Shown here piece after piece: positions 43,588 through 51,277 of a stretch of 51,277 bases of DNA; positions within the stretch are counted from its first letter, which is position 1; every line of letters begins with the position of its first letter. Location: NCBI GenBank assembly GCA_020053015.1, contig JAGVNY010000113.1:1-51277 (forward strand), written 5' to 3'. Under the pieces are notes generated by a model. That model had not been told where the DNA came from and searched no databases. It was given only the letters and a program-made list of their open reading frames with translations. Made by a program: the position numbers and the translations under genes. Source of the stretch: Candidatus Zixiibacteriota bacterium. Its GTDB lineage: Bacteria > Zixibacteria > MSB-5A5 > JAABVY01 > JAHJOQ01.

Positions 43588-44945
43588 CGACCTTCCCCCA
43601 AGACTTCGCAGATCACCTCGCGGTCATCGAAATGATTGCGCTGGTTGCCGATTATTTGATAGTCCTCATGCCCTTTTCCTGCTACGAGCAGGATGTCGCC
43701 CTCTGAGCAGAGTGCAATCGCGGTCTTTATGGCGCTGCGCCTGTCAACGACGATCTCTGTCTGCACTGCGGGGTCAAGTCCCGGTTTGATGTCCTCGATA
43801 ATCGCCGATGGATCTTCAGAGCGGGGATTGTCCGACGTAACGATAATCGTGTCTGCATATCTTGAAACAGCTTCGCCCATCGGTTTACGCTTCGTCTTGT
43901 CACGATCTCCACCGCATCCGAAGACTACGACGAGATTTCTGTCAGACAGCTTCTTGCAGACGGAACATACGTGCTCAAGCGCGTCCGGAGTGTGCGCATA
44001 GTCGACGTAGATGTGAATGCCTCGATCGTTGTCCACCGATTCCAGCCTTCCGCGAACGGTTGAGGCCGCGCTCAGACCCGAAGCCACCGAACCTGAGTCA
44101 AGGCCGGCAGCCATCGCGAACGATGCAGCGCAGATAGCATTGGACACATTGTGCTCGCCGGGCAGGGCAAGGGAAACATCGCCCTCACCAAGCGGAGTGA
44201 CTAATTTGAACTGCGATCCGCCCGGTCCAATCTTGACGTCTGCAGCCAAGATGTCTGCTTGTTTGTTGCCTATGGAGTAAGCGAGATAGGATGAATCAAC
44301 GTGGTTCTTGAAATACTCAAACTCAGGATCATCCATGTTCAAGACAGCCCATTTCTCCTTGCCATGGACACGATCGAAGATCATCGCCTTCGTGCTCTTA
44401 TAGTCTTCCATGTTCTTGTGGAAATCGAGGTGATCCTGGGAGAGATTCGTTATTCCTACCACATTAAAATCGATCATACGAGTACGCCCCGCCTTCAGAG
44501 CATGAGACGAAACCTCCATCACGGCGACTCGCATTCTCTCATTGTACATTATAGCGAGCAACTGCTCCAGCTGAAGTGATTCGGGCGTTGTATTGGTCGA
44601 GACGAACCGGTGGTTTCCAGCCAAGTATTCGATTGTCCCGATGAGACCGGTTCGCCTTCCGCGCGACTCGAATATCGTCTTGATCAAGTATGTCACCGTT
44701 GTCTTGCCGTTAGTGCCGGTCACGCCGAGCACCTTCAGTTTCCGGGATGGAAAGTCATAGAACTTGGCTGCGAGGAGGGCGAGTGCGTGACGCGTGTCGG
44801 GCACTAGAACAACCGCCGGAAAGCCGATCTCCGGTTGACGCTGCACGACCGCGCAAACGGCTTGCTTCGACGAGACTTCGGAAAGATAGGCGTGTCCATC
44901 GAGCTTGGCGCCGACCAGCGCCACGAAGAGATCGCCCGATTCCAC
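43584..44945 (-). CDS. murE: UDP-MurNAc-L-Ala-D-Glu--2,6-diaminopimelate (or L-Lys) ligase MurE; the minimal ORF from the first canonical start, though coding probably extends to about 45041
   Basis: It has the P-loop VTGTNGKTTVTYL and the DNPRSEDP motif. The in-frame sequence upstream of the GTG at 44945 (TKLNELLRILPQKEVIGNDDIEIAKIEYDSRL) encodes the conserved MurE N-terminus but contains no ATG, GTG or TTG (see findings). Confidence 0.9.
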   Translation of the reverse strand: MESGDLFVALVGAKLDGHAYLSEVSSKQAVCAVVQRQPEIGFPAVVLVPDTRHALALLAAKFYDFPSRKLKVLGVTGTNGKTTVTYLIKTIFESRGRRTGLIGTIEYLAGNHRFVSTNTTPESLQLEQLLAIMYNERMRVAVMEVSSHALKAGRTRMIDFNVVGITNLSQDHLDFHKNMEDYKSTKAMIFDRVHGKEKWAVLNMDDPEFEYFKNHVDSSYLAYSIGNKQADILAADVKIGPGGSQFKLVTPLGEGDVSLALPGEHNVSNAICAASFAMAAGLDSGSVASGLSAASTVRGRLESVDNDRGIHIYVDYAHTPDALEHVCSVCKKLSDRNLVVVFGCGGDRDKTKRKPMGEAVSRYADTIIVTSDNPRSEDPSAIIEDIKPGLDPAVQTEIVVDRRSAIKTAIALCSEGDILLVAGKGHEDYQIIGNQRNHFDDREVICEVLGEGR

Positions 44946-44982
44946 GAGCCTCGAGTCGTATTCGATTTTCGCTATTTCGATG

Positions 44983-47091
44983 TCATCGTTGCCGATGACT
45001 TCCTTTTGAGGTAGAATCCTCAGTAGCTCGTTGAGCTTCGTCCTTCCCTCCTTTGCTGGGTGAGCAATCGAGAAGCAGAGTGTCGAGGTCTGCGATTGCT
45101 ATCCCTGTGCACGGGAATTGGCTCTCCACAAGGCCGTTGCCTATTACACGAATTCTACAGCCCGATCCTTCGAGCAGACTCAGGGCTTCTCTGACCGAGA
45201 GTCCGGAGAAATCGGGGACAATTCCCGCGAACACGCTATCGGCGCAGGCAATCATTCTGCGCTCTAAGATCTGACTCTGTTTTCCTGTTGACTTGCCATC
45301 GATCCATTGCGCGACATTCCCGAAGTCCGGAACGCTGTCAAGGCCATGCTGACTCTTAGCCGATTGGCGAGGCACACTTGACAGAGCAGTCGCTCGGTTA
45401 CCTGCGCTTTCTGCAATCCACCCGTTGCGTGTCTTCTCAAGCAGCGTTGTTCTTCGTGCGATCTCGGCGAACACCGGGCCTGTAGTGTAACCCCCGTAGT
45501 GAACCGGCTGCGGATCATCCAGAACAACGATTCCTGCAACTCTTGGATTCTCACGAGGATAGAACCCTCCGAAACTCGCCATGTAGCGGTCCTGATAGTA
45601 GCCGCTTGTGCTGAGATTGGGCTTCTGGGCAGTACCGGTCTTGCCTCCAAAGGACACATCATCCAGCCGAGCTGCTTTGGCGGTCCCGGAGTCCACTACC
45701 CCTCCCATCAAGTCCTGCAGAACGCGAGCTGCCTTCACTGAGATCACCCGCCTGACCTCGTGCTGGATGCTACGTTGTGTGGTCCGACGGGAATCGTTGC
45801 GTATCTCCTCTACCAGGTAGGGCTGCATCATCATACCGTCATTGGCGACAGTGGCAAAAGCCACGGCCATCTGCATAGCGGTTACTGATACACCATGGCC
45901 GATTGACACCTGTGCTGTCCAGAAGTCGGTGAAGTTGCGAGGCTTGACAAGTCTGCCGCGCTCTTCTTCGGGCAGTCCGGTTTCCGGAGGCTGTCCGAAT
46001 CCGAAGTCTCTGGCATACTTGTACAGCAACTTCCCCGCGAGCTTCTGGCTGAACCGAGCGGTTGCTATGTTCGATGAGAGCTCGAACGCGCGCCGGAGAC
46101 TGATCTCACCGTGTGGCTTGTCATCGTGGAGGGTTCTGCCGTTGAACTGGAATTCGCCCATCCCTGCATAAGTGGTAGCGTGCAACGGATACAGCTCTTG
46201 GTCCAGCATACCCGCAAAGGCCACAAGCTTGAATGTCGAGCCCGGTTCGAACAGATCTGTCACCAGCCTCGACTTAAATACATTTTCGACGGCGTTGCTA
46301 TCTTCGGACGGACAATAGTAGTCTGCTGCGAGGATACGCCCTGACTTGACCTCTATCAGCACGACCATTCCAGCCTTGGCTGTCCACTTGTTCACAGCTT
46401 CGCGGAGCTCTTCTTCAGCAATCTGCTGGTACTCATGGTCAACGGTTAACGTCACATCGCATCCGTCCGCTGGGTGAACCACGGGTCGATCTGACAGCCT
46501 GTAGACGCGACCCTTGCCGTCGCGCTGGAAAGCCGCAAGTCCGGGGTGGGCATTCAAATCTTCGTTGAGCGCAACCTCAAGTCCGGAGACACCTATGTTG
46601 TCGACGTTGACCTGTCCAAGGTAATCCACTCCGAGCGTTCCAAACGGGTATAATCTGCGATACTCAACGTTGGACCGCACGCTGTCCAAGTCCAGAGCGG
46701 CAATACGGGAGGCGAGGTCAGGATCGGCGCATTTCACGAGCGAGTTGTACTGCCCTGGTCGTTCGAGGAGCCTCTTCACAAGACCCTTCTCCCCAGTGAC
46801 CTTTGACACGACTCTCCCGATCTCCCTCAGGGTCGCAGGGTCACCAGCATACGTAAAGAACGACTCCTTGGGAATGTCGAATGCAAGGACATTATTCCTG
46901 CAGTCGTAAATCGCGCCGCGACGCGCGGAGAGTTGAAGCTCACCCCAGCACTGCTCCGCCACGAGGTTATCGTAACGCGCTCCTTCAACAATCTGGATCT
47001 GAACGAATCGCACCAGGACAGCTATCCATCCAGCGATTATCAGGAAGAACAACACCGCAAGACGTGGAACAGAGACTCTTGCGCTCTTCAT
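44983..47091 (-). CDS. ftsI: Division-specific class B penicillin-binding protein (FtsI/PBP3-like transpeptidase) with a C-terminal PASTA-like domain
   Basis: It has an N-terminal TM helix, a dimerisation domain and the transpeptidase motifs (STFK as GSTFKLV, SSN as LSSNIA, KTG as GKTGTA). The C-terminal segment is VPDFSGLSVREALSLLEGSGCRIRVIGNGLVESQFP. Confidence 0.93.
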   Translation of the reverse strand: MKSARVSVPRLAVLFFLIIAGWIAVLVRFVQIQIVEGARYDNLVAEQCWGELQLSARRGAIYDCRNNVLAFDIPKESFFTYAGDPATLREIGRVVSKVTGEKGLVKRLLERPGQYNSLVKCADPDLASRIAALDLDSVRSNVEYRRLYPFGTLGVDYLGQVNVDNIGVSGLEVALNEDLNAHPGLAAFQRDGKGRVYRLSDRPVVHPADGCDVTLTVDHEYQQIAEEELREAVNKWTAKAGMVVLIEVKSGRILAADYYCPSEDSNAVENVFKSRLVTDLFEPGSTFKLVAFAGMLDQELYPLHATTYAGMGEFQFNGRTLHDDKPHGEISLRRAFELSSNIATARFSQKLAGKLLYKYARDFGFGQPPETGLPEEERGRLVKPRNFTDFWTAQVSIGHGVSVTAMQMAVAFATVANDGMMMQPYLVEEIRNDSRRTTQRSIQHEVRRVISVKAARVLQDLMGGVVDSGTAKAARLDDVSFGGKTGTAQKPNLSTSGYYQDRYMASFGGFYPRENPRVAGIVVLDDPQPVHYGGYTTGPVFAEIARRTTLLEKTRNGWIAESAGNRATALSSVPRQSAKSQHGLDSVPDFGNVAQWIDGKSTGKQSQILERRMIACADSVFAGIVPDFSGLSVREALSLLEGSGCRIRVIGNGLVESQFPCTGIAIADLDTLLLDCSPSKGGKDEAQRATEDSTSKGSHRQR

Positions 47092-47573
47092 CTTGACCCC
47101 TCATCGCCTGCCACCGCGGTTGACGCTCCCAGCGTCGGTAGTCTGAGATCACCGTGCAGTCTCCGGAGCCTGTTCACCATCCTCTGCGCGAGCGGAGCAG
47201 ATTCAGTGACGACGGTGAACGTGTCTGGGAACCATGCTATCTGCTCCGGGCGTGGAGTGCGCAGACCGAAATCTCGCTCTGCTGTCAGCCCGATCCGGTC
47301 CAGCGATGCACGCTTCGACGCTTTGGAATCGAGAAACTCACGCGTACGATTCAGCTCCTTGATCTGATCCTGCAACGTCTCGTTAGACTGAGCAATCTGA
47401 GCGATGTGGAATCGCTCATAAACAAACAGCGCAGAGAGCAAAATAACTGCGATCAGAATGCCCATAGTCTTGCCGACTGTGACTAACCCGGGATATCGAG
47501 ACAAAAAGGACGACAGCTTCATCATGCACCAGCCCAGGAAAGGCAGGCCTCCCTTGACGGGAGACCTGCACAT
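47088..47573 (-). CDS. ftsL: FtsL-like cell division protein with a single TM helix and coiled coil
   Basis: The call rests on its position between rsmH and ftsI, the TM helix ILIAVILLSALFVY and a following heptad-like segment (IAQSNETLQDQIKELNRTREFLD). The start is uncertain; candidates are 47573, 47525 and about 47468. Confidence 0.6.
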   Translation of the reverse strand: MCRSPVKGGLPFLGWCMMKLSSFLSRYPGLVTVGKTMGILIAVILLSALFVYERFHIAQIAQSNETLQDQIKELNRTREFLDSKASKRASLDRIGLTAERDFGLRTPRPEQIAWFPDTFTVVTESAPLAQRMVNRLRRLHGDLRLPTLGASTAVAGDEGSR

Positions 47574-47595
47574 CCCCCCATCACAACGAGAGCAG

Positions 47596-48525
47596 TTAAA
47601 CCAGCCGCTCGGCCACGCGGAGACGGGCGCTTCGCGCGCGCGGATTCAAATCGACCTCATGATCGGTCGGCTTGATTGCCCTCCGCGTGACCGGACGCAA
47701 GGCGGGGCCCATACCCTTCATACAGGCCTCTATATCAGGCGGAAGTCCGGAAGCCCTTCCGGACTGCCTGAAAAACCTCTTTATTCTTCGATCTTCATGG
47801 CTGTGATAGGAGATCACTGCAAAACGGCCACCCGCCGTCAGGTAGCTCACAAGCTCGGGCAGCGCTCGATCCAGCCGGTCGAGTTCCGCGTTCACGGCGA
47901 TTCTGATCGACTGCATGAAGCGCGCAGCCAGTTTATTCCTCAGTCTGTGCGGAAACAGATCCTCGACGCACGACACCAATTCCCCGACAGTCCGCAGTGG
48001 ACTTGAGCTCCTGCGCTTGACAATCCTACCTGCCAATGACTTCGCGTTCGCGAAATCGCCGAAGCTCCTGAGCGAGTCCACAAGCCCCTGCTCCGATGCC
48101 GTATTGACATAATCTGCCGCTGTCTTGCCGCCGCTTCTGTCGAAGCGCATATCCAGAGGTGAATCAAACCTGTGGCTGAATCCACGCTGCTCATCGTCGA
48201 GTTGAGCGCTGCACAGCCCAAGGTCTAAGAGGACGCCAGCCAGCGTGCTCGGCGAGAGAGCGGAAATCTGCCCTGGATCGTCATAGGAGCAATGTTGGAA
48301 TCTGACCCTATTCCCGAATGATCTCAGTTGCGATTTGGCGGCTTCCAGCATCTCAACATCCCTGTCTATGCAAATCAACTTCCCTTCCGAGGAAAGCTCC
48401 GTCAGAATCAGCCGGGCGTGACCACCCAGCCCGCAGGTTCCGTCGAGATATGTCCCCGACCTGTCGGTAACGAGAAGCCTGACAACCTCTCCGGCCATAA
48501 CCGGAATGTGCTCCATGGAGCTCAT
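47596..48525 (-). CDS. rsmH: 16S rRNA (cytosine1402-N4)-methyltransferase RsmH/MraW
   Basis: HIPVMAGEVVRLL...YLDGTCGLGGHA is the SAM motif, and DLGLCSAQLD and AVISYHSHEDRRIK are also present. Confidence 0.95.
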   Translation of the reverse strand: MSSMEHIPVMAGEVVRLLVTDRSGTYLDGTCGLGGHARLILTELSSEGKLICIDRDVEMLEAAKSQLRSFGNRVRFQHCSYDDPGQISALSPSTLAGVLLDLGLCSAQLDDEQRGFSHRFDSPLDMRFDRSGGKTAADYVNTASEQGLVDSLRSFGDFANAKSLAGRIVKRRSSSPLRTVGELVSCVEDLFPHRLRNKLAARFMQSIRIAVNAELDRLDRALPELVSYLTAGGRFAVISYHSHEDRRIKRFFRQSGRASGLPPDIEACMKGMGPALRPVTRRAIKPTDHEVDLNPRARSARLRVAERLV

Positions 48526-49034
48526 AGGTTGACTTTGAGCTTACGAGCTGCTTTCTCCCAGAGGTCGAGCGTTCCCTTCACGCGGCCGAATCTGACATAC
48601 TCCCGATAAACCCTCGGGTTCCATATCTCTATCTTGTGACTCTGTCCGGTCACAATGACCTCGCGGTCGATCTTCGCCAATTCACGGTGCATTTTGGAAA
48701 TCGGGATTCTTCCCTGCGCGTCCAGCACCACTTCAAGGCCGGAGGCGTAGAGAATCCTGAAGAAGTACCTGAAGTCGGGATCGGTGGTTGCGCCTTGCTT
48801 GAGGTTATTGTCGATACGCTCCCATTCTGCGAGAGGATACAACCCCAGACCCTTGTCGAGACCCCGAAGCAGCATGAACCTGTTCGACATTTCCTTGTCT
48901 CTCCCGGAAATCCTGGGTCTTGGACGACGCAGATCAGCAGGCAGCGTGAGACGGTATTTGTCGTCAAGGCTGGCTGCAAACTCACCGGAGTAGCTCGTCA
49001 GCCGGAATTTCGACTCGTCGCGAAGAACGGGCAC
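48522..49034 (-). CDS. mraZ: Transcriptional regulator MraZ
   Basis: It has two SpoVT/AbrB-like repeats, LDDKYRLTLPADLRR and LDAQGRIPISKMHRELAKIDREVIVTG, and is the first gene of the dcw cluster. It has a GTG start with GGAGG upstream. Confidence 0.9.
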   Translation of the reverse strand: MPVLRDESKFRLTSYSGEFAASLDDKYRLTLPADLRRPRPRISGRDKEMSNRFMLLRGLDKGLGLYPLAEWERIDNNLKQGATTDPDFRYFFRILYASGLEVVLDAQGRIPISKMHRELAKIDREVIVTGQSHKIEIWNPRVYREYVRFGRVKGTLDLWEKAARKLKVNL

Positions 49035-49091
49035 CGTCCTTTATCCTCCGATAACTGCCCGGGAGAGGCGCTTCTCGCGGCTGATCTCTTC

Positions 49092-49129
49092 TCCCACTCT
49101 CATTCCACAACTTCCCACTCTCATTCCAC
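49092..49129 (-). promoter_or_regulatory. Candidate MraZ operator with four GTGGR boxes at 10-11-bp spacing
   Basis: A perfect 17-bp direct repeat tcccactctcattccac occurs at 49092-49108 and 49113-49129. On the mraZ coding strand this reads GTGGAATGAGAGTGGGAAGTTGTGGAATGAGAGTGGGA. Confidence 0.55.
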
Positions 49130-49132
49130 CGG

Positions 49133-49161
49133 AATATCTTGCTGTAGTACCGTTGTGTCAA
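49133..49161 (-). promoter_or_regulatory. Sigma70-like dcw (Pmra-equivalent) promoter
   Basis: On the minus strand: a perfect TTGACA (49161-49156), a 17-nt spacer, then GATATT (49138-49133). It lies immediately upstream of the GTGGR boxes and about 100 nt upstream of mraZ. Confidence 0.5.
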
Positions 49162-49400
49162 GCAAAAACAGAGTCTTGCTTCGAAATAGGCGCTTCTCCA
49201 TGACTATTGGGCGTTTCCGACAGTTTCAGCCGGTCGATCCCGTGCGGAATTGGAACGCATGAAGAACCGTTATGGAACGGTATTGGAATCCCAAGCGCTT
49301 AAGTCGCTTAGCTCGGTCAGTCACAGAGAGGAAGGTCGTCGTAGCCTGGCAGAAGAGTTGCACTCATTCCCTCGGATAAGGCTTCCGAGGGAGGAATGGC

Positions 49401-51277
49401 GTGAAAGAAGCCGGTCTGATCTTTGTTCTCATAACGTTTCTCATTGTCTTAACTGGCGGTCCGGCTGCCGCGAAACTTCTGCTCTTTTCCGAACGGCTGC
49501 CTGCGGCAACTCCTGTCGGCGAGTCTGTCGACGATGACCATGTCGAGATTGCGGGCTTAGATTATCCTGTCAGACGAATACGGCTGGCACACCGCGGATA
49601 TGTTGGCAACATCAGGATTAGCGCGAGCGCAGCTGACTCTGCCGATATAACGGATACTTATCGTTTCAACGCGTCGGCAGCAGGCGATATCCCAACGTCG
49701 GCTTTCCCCCTCAACTCGGATGGACTGGCACAGCAAGTCATCGCTCTTGAAGGCCACCCTGCGTGCGCGGTAGCAGGGATAACGCGAATTGGAGACTTCT
49801 CGTATATCGACGTTGTCTTGGCTACTGTTATGCAAGATAGCTCTAACGGCACCACTTGGCTGGCGACAGAATTCGCGTTAGAGGTCGAAGTAGACCAGAT
49901 CGACGGCCTTTCGACCGTGGACGATTGCCGTAGCGAGCGCCTGATGAATGTGGCGCTTGCCAGGAATGCGATATCATTGGAAACAGGCGAGCTTGTCCAT
50001 TATCCCGTCTCGCCTGACTTGTCAGATCCGGCGGGGGATGAATCGATAGAAGGGTACGTGATAATAACTGCCGATTCGCTCGTGGACGAATTCGAACCTC
50101 TTTCCCGGTGGAAGATGCAGCTTGGTTACGCGTCATCGATTGTCACGACCCAGCAGATACTCGCGGAATATCCGGGAGCAGACAGCCAGGAAAAGATTCG
50201 CAACTTCCTGATCGATTCGTATTCGAACGGCACACGTTGGGTGCTGCTTGGCGGAGATGAAACGATCATCCCAGTCAGGTATGCATGTCACGTTGACAGG
50301 TCTGCGCCTTTGACTCTGGATTATCAACAGATTTGCGATCTCTATTATGGCGACATTGACGGAATCTGGGATGTCGACGGCGATGGCATCTTCGGGGAAC
50401 CGACTCACGATTCACCCGACAGGACTCCGGAGCTAATGATTGGACGCGCGTTGGTCAGCACTGCAGAACAAGCGCGTGCATTTGCAGAGAAGACAGTCAG
50501 GTATGAACTGGATCCTGCACCGGATGATTCGTCATTCACTTCGAACGTGCTGATTGCCTCGTCTGATCAGATGCGCGACTACATGCAGGTCGGGCAGGCC
50601 GAGATGATTGCACAGCGATTGCCTGCTGACCTCGAGATAGATATTGAGACATTGGCAGAAGCGCCGACAGGTGTTGACGGAACACCAAGCTCTCCCTCCG
50701 GTTCGGCTTTCATAGACGCGCTGTCGGCAGGCGCCAACCTCACATTCGTTCTTTGCCATGGCGCAGTCGACGGGTTCGTGACGCAGGCAAGTTACTACAA
50801 TCAATGGCCGAAGTCGTTTGTCTTCACTCGCAACGAGGCACCTGTGGGACACGGTACAATCAATGACCTTTCCAATTCGGGTCGATATGGGATCGTCTAT
50901 TCCATAGGATGCAGCAACGGCGCGTTCGACATGGACAGCCCTCCGTTCGAAAACACTTACCCGTGCGTCGCCGAGAAGTTCATATCCGATTCGGCTCGCG
51001 GGGCTGCGGCATTCATTGGATACTCACGATGGGGATGGGTTGCGAGTTCCTATAGGCTTGCTATTGATTTCAATGAATACCTGTTCGGTTTTGACAACCG
51101 TCTCGCTCCTGCCAATAACTACTCGAAACTGAACAACCCTTCATATGTTGATCTGGCATACGGTCTCAATGTCTATGGCGATCCAGCTCTGCGGGTGTGG
51201 ACGTCGATGCCGCAGGAACTCTCGCTGTCGACCCCGGACATGGTTTCATTCGGCCACAACGAATTCGAAGTGTTCGC
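49401..51277 (+). CDS. Peptidase C25 (gingipain-like cysteine protease) family protein; the 3' end lies outside the window
   Basis: This gene is not in the ORF track because it has no stop. My hand translation from the GTG at 49401 (RBS GGGAGGA 6 nt upstream) is open to the window end, 625 codons. The N-terminal hydrophobic segment is KEAGLIFVLITFLIVLTGG. The C25-like core includes YVIITADSL...WVLLGGDETIIPVRY, a His region FVLCHGAVDG and a Cys region IVYSIGCSNGAFD. The minus-strand ORFs listed here are shadow ORFs. Confidence 0.75.
   Translation, partial: MKEAGLIFVLITFLIVLTGGPAAAKLLLFSERLPAATPVGESVDDDHVEIAGLDYPVRRIRLAHRGYVGNIRISASAADSADITDTYRFNASAAGDIPTSAFPLNSDGLAQQVIALEGHPACAVAGITRIGDFSYIDVVLATVMQDSSNGTTWLATEFALEVEVDQIDGLSTVDDCRSERLMNVALARNAISLETGELVHYPVSPDLSDPAGDESIEGYVIITADSLVDEFEPLSRWKMQLGYASSIVTTQQILAEYPGADSQEKIRNFLIDSYSNGTRWVLLGGDETIIPVRYACHVDRSAPLTLDYQQICDLYYGDIDGIWDVDGDGIFGEPTHDSPDRTPELMIGRALVSTAEQARAFAEKTVRYELDPAPDDSSFTSNVLIASSDQMRDYMQVGQAEMIAQRLPADLEIDIETLAEAPTGVDGTPSSPSGSAFIDALSAGANLTFVLCHGAVDGFVTQASYYNQWPKSFVFTRNEAPVGHGTINDLSNSGRYGIVYSIGCSNGAFDMDSPPFENTYPCVAEKFISDSARGAAAFIGYSRWGWVASSYRLAIDFNEYLFGFDNRLAPANNYSKLNNPSYVDLAYGLNVYGDPALRVWTSMPQELSLSTPDMVSFGHNEFEVF

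Noticed and set aside
42733-43635. A 300-aa ORF antisense to murF
   Set aside because: It is a shadow ORF opposite a strongly supported Mur ligase gene. I recognise no motif, and its composition is that of antisense sequence. The same applies to 26691-27395 (antisense to mazG), 48636-49262 (antisense to mraZ), 9390-9914 (antisense to yhhQ) and 33144-33734 (antisense to ftsZ).
49557-50852. Four minus-strand ORFs of 91-106 aa listed in the track (49557-49835, 49843-50136, 50133-50408, 50532-50852)
   Set aside because: They are shadow ORFs. The plus strand carries an uninterrupted 625-codon C25-peptidase-like reading frame from 49401 to the window end.

Overview
This is a 51.3-kb chromosomal window from a bacterium that looks uncultured. 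By eye the GC content is roughly 50-55%. The gene content looks anaerobic (flavodiiron protein, Rrf2 regulator), and secreted proteins carry PEP-CTERM and dockerin-like tags. Most of the window is core housekeeping.

**Core genes**
- A complete, tightly packed division/cell-wall (dcw) cluster lies on the minus strand: mraZ-rsmH-ftsL-ftsI-murE-murF-mraY-murD-ftsW-murG-murC-ftsQ-ftsA-ftsZ (33012-49034). It has no murB or ddl, and seven junctions overlap by 1-4 nt.
- The conserved ffs (SRP RNA)-dnaX-ybaB-recR block is on the plus strand.
- Also present are pyrR-pyrB-pyrC, valS, rpmB, mazG, tRNA-Ala(CGC), a motA-motB stator pair followed by a TlpA-like thioredoxin, a YhhQ-type queuosine-precursor transporter, an MgtE-like channel and a flavodiiron protein.
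- There are three large protease genes: an M16-like gene truncated at the 5' window edge, a signal-peptide-bearing M6 metalloprotease with a dockerin-like tail, and a C25/gingipain-like gene with an N-terminal hydrophobic segment that runs off the 3' edge and is missing from the ORF track.

**Accessory or unusual content**
- An AbiEi/AbiEii type IV toxin-antitoxin / abortive-infection pair is wedged between rpmB and ftsZ.
- A family of GTAG-headed palindromic (REP/BIME-like) repeats fills the pyrR-upstream spacer and recurs at three other loci.
- dnaX contains an A9 slippery run positioned like a tau/gamma recoding site.
- The conserved N-terminus of murE has no canonical start codon.
- A periodic GTGGR operator-like array sits downstream of a near-consensus promoter in front of mraZ.
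- The SRP RNA is the long Bacillus type with an Alu domain.
- An asparagine-synthetase-like protein lacks the catalytic N-terminal cysteine.
- An alkyltransferase-like (ATL) protein has Trp in place of the acceptor Cys.

I found no CRISPR array, rRNA, transposase or integrase. I cannot point to a clearly novel multi-gene system. The AbiE cassette and the REP family are the best leads.
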